Source: an uncultured Eubacteriales bacterium (GTDB taxonomy: Bacteria; Bacillota_I; Bacilli_A; RFN20; CAG-826). Taken from it: a stretch of DNA of 64,000 nucleotides. Positions 17,715-30,343 of this stretch are shown in pieces (position 1 is the first letter of the stretch; each line of letters opens with the position of its first letter). Where the stretch lies: positions 125,179 to 189,178 of the forward strand of contig CAVJSS010000001.1 of NCBI GenBank assembly GCA_963652335.1, given 5' to 3'. Below the pieces are notes generated by a model. That model was not told the origin of the DNA. It did not search any database and was given only the letters and a program-made list of their open reading frames with translations. Both the position numbers and the translations under genes were made by a program.

Positions 17715-18805
17715 TGCGGAAGTTAGACGGAAAACAATTCGATCAGGTTTTGGAGGCGTTGAATGTCCCATCAAGCATCGATAAAGAATTCCTTTATTCA
17801 TGCTATTCGGACGCTTTGGAAGGAATCGAAGGCCTTAATAACGTTACGCCATCTCTAAATTCTTATCAGATCAATCATGTTCAATTGATTCTCTATATCG
17901 TCAATGAATTGGCTCTTTATGCCTCGATGTTGCCGTCTAAAATCCTTAAAAGCGAAGAATTCGAGAGGCAATTGCTTTCGACGGCGGTGGATAAATATTA
18001 CACGAACGAGCATCTCTCTTGGCAAGATAACAAGCTTACGAATCGTTACCTTCCGGAAATTTCGACCATCAGCCTCTATTTGAATTTCATTCTTTCGATG
18101 TTGGACAAATATCCTTCCGGAGATCCTGAAAAGACATTGCTGATCGATGTCATGAAAAAAGGCTTTTCGATGGCTAGATGCGTCATTTCCTTATTAAACG
18201 AAGGATTTGAGACCGAAGCTTTCTCAACCTGGAGAACTTTGCATGAAAACGAATGCATCCTTACTGTTTTGGTCTCGTATGGGGCTCCCGTGATCGAACG
18301 TTATTTGGCTCACATCCAATATGCATTGGCATTTAGGAACGCTTTGCCTAAGGACATTGGCGATTCTCTGTTTGTGAAAATCAAAGAAGAAATGCATCAA
18401 CGTGGATTGAAATCGAAAGATACCAAACGTTTTATCGAATATGGTTGGCTTTATGGGGTTCCTAATGTAGAAAAAACCGAGGATTTCAAGCTTAATTTCC
18501 GCGATGGGGTCGAACGCATCGCCGGATTGAGAGACAAGGCTAAAATCTATGAAATGTCATCGGAAATAGCCCATTCATCGCCTTTATTGATCTATAGTAG
18601 GAAAGAATATTTCCATCACCTTACTATTTTGAATGTCTATGAATCTTTCATCCGCTTGGAAAAGATATTCACGGCTCTCTATCTTTCGAACGTTCCCATA
18701 GAAGAAAAACAAAGATATATGGCTATGCGCGCGGTTTACGGAATCCAAATCGAAGCCATAATGAATCACGAAGCCAAACAATTGGCGTCTTTGAAAGATA
18801 AATAA
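17711..18805 (+). CDS. Hypothetical protein, possibly DUF5677-like
   Basis: 364-aa ORF overlapping the glpK stop (ATGATG). The central helix pair ARCVISLLNEGFETEAFSTWRTLHENECIL and the later YEMSSEIAHSSP resemble what I recall of DUF5677. This is unverified. Confidence 0.55.
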   Translation: MMRKLDGKQFDQVLEALNVPSSIDKEFLYSCYSDALEGIEGLNNVTPSLNSYQINHVQLILYIVNELALYASMLPSKILKSEEFERQLLSTAVDKYYTNEHLSWQDNKLTNRYLPEISTISLYLNFILSMLDKYPSGDPEKTLLIDVMKKGFSMARCVISLLNEGFETEAFSTWRTLHENECILTVLVSYGAPVIERYLAHIQYALAFRNALPKDIGDSLFVKIKEEMHQRGLKSKDTKRFIEYGWLYGVPNVEKTEDFKLNFRDGVERIAGLRDKAKIYEMSSEIAHSSPLLIYSRKEYFHHLTILNVYESFIRLEKIFTALYLSNVPIEEKQRYMAMRAVYGIQIEAIMNHEAKQLASLKDK

Positions 18806-18810
18806 ACGAT

Positions 18811-18849
18811 TAAAAAAGCGAGAACAAAACGGTTCTCGCTTTTCCTTTT
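18811..18849. terminator. Bidirectional rho-independent terminator
   Basis: AAAAAAGCGAGAAC-aaaacg-GTTCTCGCTTTTCCTTTT lies between convergent genes. Confidence 0.6.
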
Positions 18850-18859
18850 CATCGATCCA

Positions 18860-20512
18860 TCAAACGTCCGAGAAACATGAACCACCGATGAATTCGCGTA
18901 TTATCGAATTGTTTGGGACCCATTCGTCAGGTATATCGACGAAGAATTTCAACATTTTAAGAAGCCTTCTGGCATCCGGTGAATATGGGCTTTCTTTATC
19001 AATTGCCTCAAGCATTGGCTGAGCGACTTTCTTCATGATAGGCAATTCGTATGGAAGGAATGAATTGAAAACATAATCGCTGTCTTCTTGGGTTTCGTAA
19101 ATCCATTTGAATTCCCCTTGACGGACACCCGGCCACATCGACAATGTTTCTTCGGCCGACGAACCGCGGAACTTTTTGTCTCTGACGATGCGGCGAATCA
19201 AACGAAGATCGGTAAGGGATACCGGATTATGATTGTCGATGTTTATCTGAGCGACGGGAGCGATGAAGATTTTGAATTTGTTTTGCTTTGGGATGGCCGA
19301 AGTCATCAATTCGTTCAAGGCATGGATGCCCTCGATGATGATCGGCTCGTTCTTTCCTATCTTTAGCACCCTGCCTGGAACGGAATGGCCTAAGACGAAA
19401 TCGAAATGCGGCAATGTCACTTCTTTTCCGGCAATAAGATCGAACATATCCGAATTGAATTGATCGATGTCCAAAGCCTCTATCGATTCGAAATCCAACG
19501 AACCGTCTTCTAGTCTCGGTGATTCTTCCCTAGGCTTATAATAATCATCCAAAGAAATGCGAACCGTATTTATGCCTCTGGCCAAAAGTTCGATTCGGAG
19601 CCTGTTTGCGAAGGTCGTTTTGCCAGAGGAAGAAGGACCGGCGATGCAAATAAGACGAATTTGGTCGATATCATCTTCGATCAATTGGCCCAATTCGGTA
19701 AGTTGTCGGTAATGTCTAGCTTCGCCAACGTTGATCAATTCGATGGCGCCGGCTTCTTCGATGCGCTTATTGATGGCAGCGACTGAGCTTAAGCCAACCG
19801 TGCTTTGCCATGCATGTCCTTCTTGAAGGACTCTGGAGAAGGTCGAAGCGTCACGGAAATCAGGGATTTTTCCTCCGCATTCGCTTCTTGGATATTGCAT
19901 CAAGAATCCCGGCGAATACAAACGAAGCCTGAAATCTTTTATATAACCGGTGGATGGGACCATTACTTGGTAGTTGTAATTCAAATAGCCATCGCATTCA
20001 TAAAGGTGTACGGTTTTCTCTTGGCGGTAATTAAGGATGTCTTCTTTATCGTGATATCCAAGCTTCTTATATATTTTCCTGGCTTTATCGTTGGTTACGA
20101 CCACGCGGTTGAAAGGGAGGTCGGCGGCGATGATCGATTCCATTTCGTGTTTGATTTTCAATAACATCGCCATGTTCGGCGTGTATCCATCATCAAGCAA
20201 TTGGATAAGGACGCAACGTGAAACATTATAAGAGAATTTGACATTCAGCTTAGGGTAACAGCGTTTGAAAGCCATTGCGCAGATATACCGGAGGCAAGAT
20301 TCGTATATTTTCACTGATTCATGGTATGTAAGATCTAGAAATTCTACTTCGGCGTCGTAATATATTTCGTAGCTTAATTCCCTTACGCGGTTATTGACTT
20401 TGGCGCAGATATAACGTTTGTCGTTCATCCCTAGTTGGTCTAGCAATCCGACCAACGAGATTTTCTTATCGAATGACATCTTCTGCCCAAATGTGGTGAT
20501 TTCGAACGGCAT
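18860..20512 (-). CDS. Uridine/nucleoside kinase-family protein with long N-terminal (ThrRS/TGS-like) extension
   Basis: P-loop ICIAGPSSSGKTTFANRL in the C-terminal half. The start at MPFEITTF is preceded by AGGAGGGA. Confidence 0.75.
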   Translation of the reverse strand: MPFEITTFGQKMSFDKKISLVGLLDQLGMNDKRYICAKVNNRVRELSYEIYYDAEVEFLDLTYHESVKIYESCLRYICAMAFKRCYPKLNVKFSYNVSRCVLIQLLDDGYTPNMAMLLKIKHEMESIIAADLPFNRVVVTNDKARKIYKKLGYHDKEDILNYRQEKTVHLYECDGYLNYNYQVMVPSTGYIKDFRLRLYSPGFLMQYPRSECGGKIPDFRDASTFSRVLQEGHAWQSTVGLSSVAAINKRIEEAGAIELINVGEARHYRQLTELGQLIEDDIDQIRLICIAGPSSSGKTTFANRLRIELLARGINTVRISLDDYYKPREESPRLEDGSLDFESIEALDIDQFNSDMFDLIAGKEVTLPHFDFVLGHSVPGRVLKIGKNEPIIIEGIHALNELMTSAIPKQNKFKIFIAPVAQINIDNHNPVSLTDLRLIRRIVRDKKFRGSSAEETLSMWPGVRQGEFKWIYETQEDSDYVFNSFLPYELPIMKKVAQPMLEAIDKESPYSPDARRLLKMLKFFVDIPDEWVPNNSIIREFIGGSCFSDV

Positions 20513-20700
20513 TTTAAGGATCCCTCCTCTAGAAAAGAATGAAATCATATCGATAAGAAAGACTTAAATCAAGGATTAGGAAAACAACTCATCGATTATT
20601 GAACGAACGTTCACCTAAATAAACTTTAATTTCTCAAGAAATTACCGAAAAAAGCAAAAGAGGTTCGATTAAATTTTGGTTTGGAGTAAAATAAGGGCAT

Positions 20701-21165
20701 ATGGCCAACAAGACCAATTCGAAACTCGTCGACAAATATCTTTCTTTAAGCAAAACGAAGAAAGAACTTTTTTGGACGGTCCTCGTAGATTTGGCCGTTT
20801 TTATTATCCTTGTGCCGTTTTTCACAATCGGCTGGCTCAAATTGTCTTTGGGCTGGCTCATTGGCTCATCGGCTTCCATTGCCTCCAATCTTTTGACAAA
20901 TCTTTCCGCCAAAGCCATCTTCAGCCAAAGAGATCCTGACAAAAAATCGGGAGCCATCAATGGCGTTGTCTTTTATATGGCACGTATCTTTATTTGGGCG
21001 ATAGTCTTGGTCATTTCTGGCATCTGCACATTCAAAGCGAAGTGGTTCAACGGATTCGATCTATTTTATTTTTGGACTGCATTTGCGGCCTATTTCCCTG
21101 GTTTGATCATCTTGATCATCAACAACACGATTTCAAAAAGGCGTATCGAAGGGGAAAGAAAATGA
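20701..21165 (+). CDS. atpI: Putative ATP synthase protein I
   Basis: 154 aa, 4 predicted TM helices, immediately upstream of atpB with ATGA overlap. The assignment is positional. Confidence 0.5.
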   Translation: MANKTNSKLVDKYLSLSKTKKELFWTVLVDLAVFIILVPFFTIGWLKLSLGWLIGSSASIASNLLTNLSAKAIFSQRDPDKKSGAINGVVFYMARIFIWAIVLVISGICTFKAKWFNGFDLFYFWTAFAAYFPGLIILIINNTISKRRIEGERK

Positions 21166-21989
21166 CTTTTGAAGAGAGGATTGGTTCGATGTTTGAATGG
21201 GGAGATATCGACGCCCCTCTCTATTCTTCTTTGCTGGTCATCATCATCTTGATAATCATCTGCCTTATTGTTTTTTTCCGTTTCAAGAAAGCCTTAAAAA
21301 AGGAAGAATGGAAGAAACCGCCAAGGGGCGTGGTGCTTTTCGGCGAATGGTATTATGATTTTTGCTCCGATTTCGTAAAAAAGAACATGGGTGAGCCTTT
21401 CGAGGGCTTCACCGTCTATTTCATGTACCTTTTCGCTTATTTGCTTCTTTCCTTCATTTGGGGTCTTACCGGCCTTCCTTCCATCATCGATTGGATAGCC
21501 GCTCCTTTGTGTTTGTCGCTTACGATGTTCATCGTCATTCAAGTGACTGCCATAAAATACACGAAATTTCGCTATTTCCATCGCTTTATTGAGCCGTTTG
21601 CTTTCTTTGCGCCCATCAATCTCGTCACCTATTGGTCCCCGATTATTTCCACGACCATGCGTATGTTTGGAAACGCCTTGTCAGGATCGATAATCCTTGG
21701 GCTGATCCAATGGGCTTTATCCAGCGCTTCAGGAAAAATCTTCGGGGCTTTGACATCGGCCGCTCAGGCAAGTTATATCCCTTATTGGGACGTCAATCAT
21801 GGGACCGTTTGGACTCAAATCTTTTTGGCTCCTATTCCAATAGGCGTCTTGAATCTTTATTTCACCTTATTCACCTCTGTCATTCAGACTTTGGTGTTTG
21901 CCATGCTAAATGCCTTATGGATTTCGGCTGAGAGGCCGGAAGACTATCTCCCAAAGGCTAAGAAAGCCAAAAAAGCAAAGGCAATATAA
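21162..21989 (+). CDS. atpB: F0 ATP synthase subunit a
   Basis: Conserved region including the arginine (ISTTMRMFGNALSGSII). Operon position. Internal ATG at 21162. Confidence 0.9.
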   Translation: MTFEERIGSMFEWGDIDAPLYSSLLVIIILIIICLIVFFRFKKALKKEEWKKPPRGVVLFGEWYYDFCSDFVKKNMGEPFEGFTVYFMYLFAYLLLSFIWGLTGLPSIIDWIAAPLCLSLTMFIVIQVTAIKYTKFRYFHRFIEPFAFFAPINLVTYWSPIISTTMRMFGNALSGSIILGLIQWALSSASGKIFGALTSAAQASYIPYWDVNHGTVWTQIFLAPIPIGVLNLYFTLFTSVIQTLVFAMLNALWISAERPEDYLPKAKKAKKAKAI

Positions 21990-22016
21990 GGGCTTACGCT
22001 ATAAGGAGGATTCATT

Positions 22017-22259
22017 ATGAATATCGGATTGATCGCCATAGGGGCGGCCATCGCAGTCGGCTTAGGAAGCTTATCCGCCATCGGCGAAGGCTTGATTATA
22101 TCTCATGCCATCGATGCCATGAGCCGCAACCCGGAAATGCAATCGAAGATTCAAAGCACGATGATCATCGGCGTTGCTTTGGATGAATCGACGGCTATTT
22201 ATGCTTTGGTCGTCGCGATTTTGATCATTTTCATTTTGGGCGGCAAAGTGACTGCGTAA
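22017..22259 (+). CDS. atpE: F0 ATP synthase subunit c (Na+-type ion-site signature)
   Basis: 80-aa hairpin protein. IGEG in helix 1, RNPE loop, and ALDESTAIY in helix 2. Confidence 0.9.
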   Translation: MNIGLIAIGAAIAVGLGSLSAIGEGLIISHAIDAMSRNPEMQSKIQSTMIIGVALDESTAIYALVVAILIIFILGGKVTA

Positions 22260-22298
22260 TTCCGCGTTGCTTTATTATTTCGTTTTATGGAGCGAACC

Positions 22299-22865
22299 AT
22301 GCTTGACTTAACGCTCGCATTGCTTGAAGAAAGCACATCTTCCCCTCCGTTTACCGGAGAAGATTTCCTTAGGAAATTGTTTCCTAATTTTTGGAGCTTC
22401 CTCATCAATTTCTTGGCTTTGGGAGTCCTTTTCCTTTGCGTGTTCTTTTTGGCATATAAGCCTATAAAGAAATTCGTTCAGAAAAGGAAGGAATACATCG
22501 CTGACAATTTAAAGGATAGCGAGGAATCCAAAGCCAAATACGAAGGACTTTTAAAAGATTCCGATTCGGTGGTGATTGACGCCAAAAAGCGCGCCGATCA
22601 GATCGTTAAGGAGGCCCAAGCTGACGCAAATGCCGAGGCCTTGCGGATCAGAGAAAACGCCAACGACGAAGCGAGCCGTCGTTTGAAAGCGGCGGATGAA
22701 GAAATCAAGCAAGCTAGAAAAAAGGCCCAAAAAGACATAAGGGACGAAATAGTGAATGTGGCCATGGATGCTTCAAAAGCCGTATTAGGCCGAGAGGTTA
22801 ACGAAGAAGACGATCATCGATTGGTCAAAGATTTCATCGATGATCTTAAGGAAGGGAAACGATGA
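22299..22865 (+). CDS. atpF: F0 ATP synthase subunit b
   Basis: N-terminal TM helix then a long charged helix. The ATG at 22299 follows GGAG. An alternative ATG is at 22287. Confidence 0.8.
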   Translation: MLDLTLALLEESTSSPPFTGEDFLRKLFPNFWSFLINFLALGVLFLCVFFLAYKPIKKFVQKRKEYIADNLKDSEESKAKYEGLLKDSDSVVIDAKKRADQIVKEAQADANAEALRIRENANDEASRRLKAADEEIKQARKKAQKDIRDEIVNVAMDASKAVLGREVNEEDDHRLVKDFIDDLKEGKR

Positions 22866-23407
22866 TGGCAAGGTTCGAGACAGAAGATCATCGTTTGGCC
22901 TTGGCTTTGATAGAATTAGCCAAAGAAGACAAGAAAATCGATGAATACATGATTGCTCTCAAAGGCATCCAAAACGATTTCGTTAAAGAGCCGAAGCTCC
23001 TTCAAATATTTTCAAGTTATATGATACCTATCGAAGAATCTTATAAGCTGGTCGATAAGCTTTATTTCAGTGAGGAACTGAAGCATTTGTCGTCTTTCCT
23101 CAAGATACTTATCAAAAAAAGATACATACGCCGATTTGACGCCGTATTGAACGAATATGTCTTTGAGGCAAATAAACTTTTAGGTGTCGAAGAGGGCATT
23201 GTTTATTCGGCCAGGCTTTTAAACGATACGGAAATCGATCAATTGGAAAAGATGTTTGAAGAGGAGCTCAAAAAGAAAGTTCATTTGCTTAATAGGACCG
23301 AACCAAGCCTAATTGCCGGAATAAGGGTGTTCATAGGCGGAAAGGCCTACGATGGTTCCTTGATAACCAAACTGGAAAACCTAAAGAAAGAATTGCTGAA
23401 AGCGTAG
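22862..23407 (+). CDS. atpH: F1 ATP synthase subunit delta (OSCP)
   Basis: 181 aa. Operon position between atpF and atpA. C-terminal IGGKAYDGSL motif. Confidence 0.8.
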   Translation: MMARFETEDHRLALALIELAKEDKKIDEYMIALKGIQNDFVKEPKLLQIFSSYMIPIEESYKLVDKLYFSEELKHLSSFLKILIKKRYIRRFDAVLNEYVFEANKLLGVEEGIVYSARLLNDTEIDQLEKMFEEELKKKVHLLNRTEPSLIAGIRVFIGGKAYDGSLITKLENLKKELLKA

Positions 23408-23422
23408 CGGAGGTAGCGTTTT

Positions 23423-24928
23423 ATGAAAATGGAAACCAAAGACATAACGGCTTTGATAAAGGAACAAATCAAATTCTTTGAAGGACAGGTCGAAAGCGAT
23501 GATGTCGGTTCCGTTATAAGCGTGGGCGATGGTATTGCTTTGATATATGGGCTTCGCGAAGCTATGCTTGGCGAATTGCTGCTTTTCCCAAATGGGATAA
23601 GTGGGATGGTCATGAATCTTAACGTGGATGATGTCGGAGCGGTTTTATTAGGCCCGGATACCCTTGTCAAAGAAGGCGATATAGTCAAACGTTCTCATAA
23701 AATCATGGAAGTTCCTGTCGGAAATGGGCTTTTGGGAAGGGTAGTAAACCCACTCGGGAAGGCAATCGACGAAGGTGGCCCAATAGAATTCGACAAGACT
23801 AGGCCTGTGGAAAGAATCGCGCCTGGGGTCATGTCGCGCAAGAGCGTGGATACGCCGTTAGAGACCGGAATAAAGGCCATCGATTCCATGATTCCTATCG
23901 GTCGTGGGCAACGCGAGCTTATCATCGGCGACCGTCAAACTGGCAAAACCTCAATTGCCATCGATACCATAATCAATCAGAAAGGCAAAGATGTCTATTG
24001 CGTTTATGTGGCCATCGGACAAAAAAATTCGACGGTAGCTTCGATCGTCAGCAAGCTCAAAGATGCAGGATGCATGAATTATGTCACGGTCGTTAATTCC
24101 AGCGCATCCGAACCGGCTCCGTTACAGTATTTAGCGCCGTTTTCGGGAATCGCCATCGCCGAAGAATGGATGGAACAAGGCAAAGACGTTTTGGTCGTTT
24201 TCGACGATTTATCGAAACACGCGGTTGCTTATCGTACATTGTCTTTGCTTTTAAGAAGGGCTCCAGGACGCGAAGCTTATCCAGGCGATATCTTCTATCT
24301 TCACAGCCGTCTATTGGAAAGAGCGTGCAAACTCAATGAAGAGAACGGAGGCGGATCGATAACCGCATTGCCTATCATCGAGACGCAAGCCGGCGATATA
24401 TCTGCTTATATCCCAACGAATGTCATATCGATCACGGATGGTCAGATTTTCTTGGTGGCTGATTATTTCGCTGCCGGTCAACGTCCCGCCATCGATTCGG
24501 GATTCTCGGTTAGCCGCGTTGGATCGGCCGCTCAATTCAAATGCATGAAGCAAGTCTCTTCTTCGCTGAAAATCGAGCTAGCCAACTATAGGGAAAATCT
24601 GGCCTTCTCCCAATTCGGATCTGATTTGGACAATGAAACGAAAAGGATATTGACCCATGGCTCAGCTGCGATGGAAGCCTTAAAACAAGTAAATTACGCT
24701 CCCTTGACCTTAGCTGAGGAAACCTTGACATTGTTCGCCATCAAATATCGTTATCTAGATGATATCGAATTAGAGAAAATAAGCGACTTCCTGAAAGATA
24801 TGCTTTCCTATATTCATGGACATCACTTAGATATATGGAACGAAATAGAAAAAAAGAAATCATTTGACGATCAGCTTATTTCCTTAACGAAATATGCCAT
24901 AGAGGAATTCAAGGGAACAAGAGGATAA
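23423..24928 (+). CDS. atpA: F1 ATP synthase subunit alpha
   Basis: Walker [12 protein letters not shown]. Strongly conserved alpha sequence throughout. Confidence 0.95.
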   Translation: MKMETKDITALIKEQIKFFEGQVESDDVGSVISVGDGIALIYGLREAMLGELLLFPNGISGMVMNLNVDDVGAVLLGPDTLVKEGDIVKRSHKIMEVPVGNGLLGRVVNPLGKAIDEGGPIEFDKTRPVERIAPGVMSRKSVDTPLETGIKAIDSMIPIGRGQRELIIGDRQTGKTSIAIDTIINQKGKDVYCVYVAIGQKNSTVASIVSKLKDAGCMNYVTVVNSSASEPAPLQYLAPFSGIAIAEEWMEQGKDVLVVFDDLSKHAVAYRTLSLLLRRAPGREAYPGDIFYLHSRLLERACKLNEENGGGSITALPIIETQAGDISAYIPTNVISITDGQIFLVADYFAAGQRPAIDSGFSVSRVGSAAQFKCMKQVSSSLKIELANYRENLAFSQFGSDLDNETKRILTHGSAAMEALKQVNYAPLTLAEETLTLFAIKYRYLDDIELEKISDFLKDMLSYIHGHHLDIWNEIEKKKSFDDQLISLTKYAIEEFKGTRG

Positions 24929-24929
24929 T

Positions 24930-27513
<2,584 letters not shown>

Positions 27514-27524
<11 letters not shown>

Positions 27525-28281
27525 CAAATTCGTATGTTTGTAGGTTAAATTTGCTTAAAGCTTCAGATTTTTCATTCGGGGTCAAACATCCGTAATCCAA
27601 AACGTATGTTTCTCTGTCATATGAGGATTTGAATTCTTTCGAATAAAGGATTTGGGAAGATGCGTCGCTAGAATCATATAAGCAAAGGCGGACGGATTGG
27701 TTGGAATTCAACGCCAGTTCAAACGTAGCCATGTCTGAAAATCTATAGAAAGAAGTTTGCTTTGTTTCATAATTCATGAAACTGGCGAATTTATCGCTTG
27801 AGGAAGCATCGTTATAAATATCCAGCATTTTGGCTGATGATTCATAAAGACGATACAAGCGCGGGGTGGCTCCGTCTATTCCGCCATTTTTTATGTCGGT
27901 TCCGTATTTGCTTTTGAATTCCAACAGATTCTCGTCATAGAAATCCTTCCCGTCGAGATCATCTTCGGAATAATAAAAAACGTGGACGTACTTTTTCGTT
28001 TTCTTCATCGCACCTATGAAACTAGGTTCGAAGTTTCTGCACCAATAGCAAGATTCCCTTGCGAACAATACATATGTCGGAATCCCTGCCTCTGCTTCGC
28101 CAATCAACGATGCTGCGGTCCTTGATGTTTTTATATTTTCATATCCATTGATGGAAGATGAAGAAAAAGCAAACGAACCTGAGCATTCGATCAAGGCGGC
28201 GTCAGAGTCCGCTCTCTCACAAGATGTAAGGGCTACCATTGAAACGACAAGAAAAAGGGCCAAACGTTTTTTCATCACCAT
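27514..28281 (-). CDS. Thioredoxin-fold lipoprotein (CxxC)
   Basis: Signal peptide plus lipobox VALTSC. A CYWC motif in FARESCYWCRNFEP. Confidence 0.6.
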
Positions 28282-28336
28282 AGTATAGACTACACAAATG
28301 GATTTTTTCCGCTAAACTTTATGCGAGGAAAATTTC

Positions 28337-28867
28337 ATGAATATTTTTGACACAATACCTGAAAGCAAAATCACCCCAGATTCTTTCTATGCTTGCATCG
28401 AAATCCCAAAAGGAAGCAAATGCAAATACGAAGTCGATCATGAATCTGGACTATTGCTTTTGGACCGTATTTTACATACGGCAACCCACTATCCGCACAA
28501 CTATGGTTTTATTCCAAACACCTTATCGGATGATGGCGACCCTCTTGACGTTTTGGTAATCTGCTCCGAACCAATGGTGCCGCTTTCCATCACGGTCGCT
28601 TACCCAATCGGCATTTTGGAAATGATCGACGGCGGAAAGCTGGACGAAAAGATAATTGCGGTGTGCGCACATGATGCCAATTATAACGAAGTGAAAGATA
28701 TTTCGGATTTGGCCGCTCACGTTTCTGAAGAAATCAAACATTTTTTCTCCGTATACAAGCAACTCGAACACGGTAAAGAAACGGTGGTTAAGGAAATTGA
28801 AGGAGCAGATGCCGCCAAAAAGGCTATAGCCAGAGCCATCGAGGCTTACAAAAATTCCAAAAACTAA
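28337..28867 (+). CDS. ppa: Inorganic pyrophosphatase (family I)
   Basis: YPHNYGFIPNTLSDDGDPLDVLV and DEKIIAV motifs. Confidence 0.9.
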   Translation: MNIFDTIPESKITPDSFYACIEIPKGSKCKYEVDHESGLLLLDRILHTATHYPHNYGFIPNTLSDDGDPLDVLVICSEPMVPLSITVAYPIGILEMIDGGKLDEKIIAVCAHDANYNEVKDISDLAAHVSEEIKHFFSVYKQLEHGKETVVKEIEGADAAKKAIARAIEAYKNSKN

Positions 28868-30252
28868 AGTTTGGTGGCGGAATCGACCAATTGTTTAGCC
28901 AAAGCGGAGACTGAGGAAATCCGTTTTATCCGATAATCCTTAAGAATGACCTGGCCAAGGCTGTTTCCTTGCCTAACGTCTCCCCTATTGGCGATTTGGA
29001 CGACTCCATCTTCTCTAGAAGAGAGATAGACGATCATTTCGGAAGCCAAAGATATTTCTTCTTCCGAAGGGTTGTCTTTTTGTATTAGCAAATGCGAGCC
29101 ATGCTCTCCTTCTATATGAAGCCAAACGTGATTTTTCGAACGTGACAAAAAGAAAGTGAGGTACCGATTTTGGATTCCGTTTTTCCCAAACATATAAGTT
29201 GTGCCGTCATGGACTACCTTATACGGCAGCTCTTTAGAAGAAAGAGCGTTGACATTCCTGGCTTTCTTTTTTTGTTTGTCGTCTTTGACCCATTGTGCCA
29301 ATTTGGCGTCGTCTCCGTTTGAAAACAAATAGAGAGTAGATTCTAATTGATCGATTTCTTTTCTTGCCCTTTCCAAATTGGCTTTCGCATTGTTTATCGT
29401 AGCTTTGGCCTTTTTCTCGGACTTGAAATATTTTTGGGCATTTTCGCTTAAAGACAAAGACGTGTCCAGTTCAACGACGGTGCCTTCGTATTCTATTTGG
29501 GCTATACCAGGTTTAATTTCGTTCCAGCATGTATATATTGCTTCAGCTTTTTTGGAATCGGAGAGATGGGACTCAGCCCTTTTGATATCGCTTAAAATGG
29601 CTTTTTCTTTCTTCTTGGCTGAAACAAGCCTTCTCTTCAGTGATTTTATGTGGTCTCCGAACTTCTCCTTTTTTCTAGAAGCGAAAAGGCTTTCCTCTAA
29701 GAATTCCGCATATTGCTCATATTCATCAAAGGTGAGGGATGTATTTGTATCTTCTCCGCTTGGTTTTAAAGGAAATTCGTAGGTCAGATTAGCCATCAAG
29801 GGGCGTTTGGTGGTCAGGGACATTTCCCGATAGACATCAATTATCTTGTTTGATGAATCGCAAAGTATCATGTTCGGGTGATGTGGTATCAACTCGATAT
29901 ATAAATGCCTTGATTCCTCTTTGAACACCTTGTTTATTATTTCCAAATCAAAACGGATTATCATGTCGGAATTGACCGCTTTTACGTTTTGGACAAAAGC
30001 ATTGTTCAATTCCCGGCGCAGTTTCGAAAGGAACCGCGTTTCGGATTGAGAAGGCTGGTGTTTCAATCCGGAAATGTATATTCTTGGAAATTGCTGATCC
30101 AATACAATCCCCAATGTTTTGTTTTTTTCGCCAGAAATCTTAAAGAAAGCGGAAAATTCCGTAATGAAATCGGGATGCGATATGTAGTGCCCTTTTAATA
30201 TTTCGTTTAGCCGCTCTGCGTAATATTCCAAAAACTTCGGATTGATTTTCAT
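28864..30252 (-). CDS. rqcH: NFACT-family ribosome quality control protein (RqcH/FbpA-like), short form
   Basis: NFACT-N-like N-terminus (LYIELIPHHPNMILCD). Central K/E coiled coil. C-terminal NFACT-R/DUF814 motif (VWLHIEGEHGSHLLI). 462 aa. Confidence 0.7.
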   Translation of the reverse strand: MKINPKFLEYYAERLNEILKGHYISHPDFITEFSAFFKISGEKNKTLGIVLDQQFPRIYISGLKHQPSQSETRFLSKLRRELNNAFVQNVKAVNSDMIIRFDLEIINKVFKEESRHLYIELIPHHPNMILCDSSNKIIDVYREMSLTTKRPLMANLTYEFPLKPSGEDTNTSLTFDEYEQYAEFLEESLFASRKKEKFGDHIKSLKRRLVSAKKKEKAILSDIKRAESHLSDSKKAEAIYTCWNEIKPGIAQIEYEGTVVELDTSLSLSENAQKYFKSEKKAKATINNAKANLERARKEIDQLESTLYLFSNGDDAKLAQWVKDDKQKKKARNVNALSSKELPYKVVHDGTTYMFGKNGIQNRYLTFFLSRSKNHVWLHIEGEHGSHLLIQKDNPSEEEISLASEMIVYLSSREDGVVQIANRGDVRQGNSLGQVILKDYRIKRISSVSALAKQLVDSATKL

Positions 30253-30343
30253 GAAGGCATTATAGCATAAGAAGTTGCGGCAATTAGTGGTAATTTCGGC
30301 GCTTTGCTATGGCTTTTAAATTTTATAAGCATATAATTCAGTC

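Noticed and set aside
17310-17801. 163-aa minus-strand ORF spanning the glpK/orf364 junction
   Set aside because: It is antisense to glpK, with no SD or homology.
20634-20960. 108-aa minus-strand ORF and 87-aa plus-strand ORF overlapping atpI
   Set aside because: The atpI frame gives four clean TM helices and couples to atpB by ATGA. The alternatives give no coherent protein.
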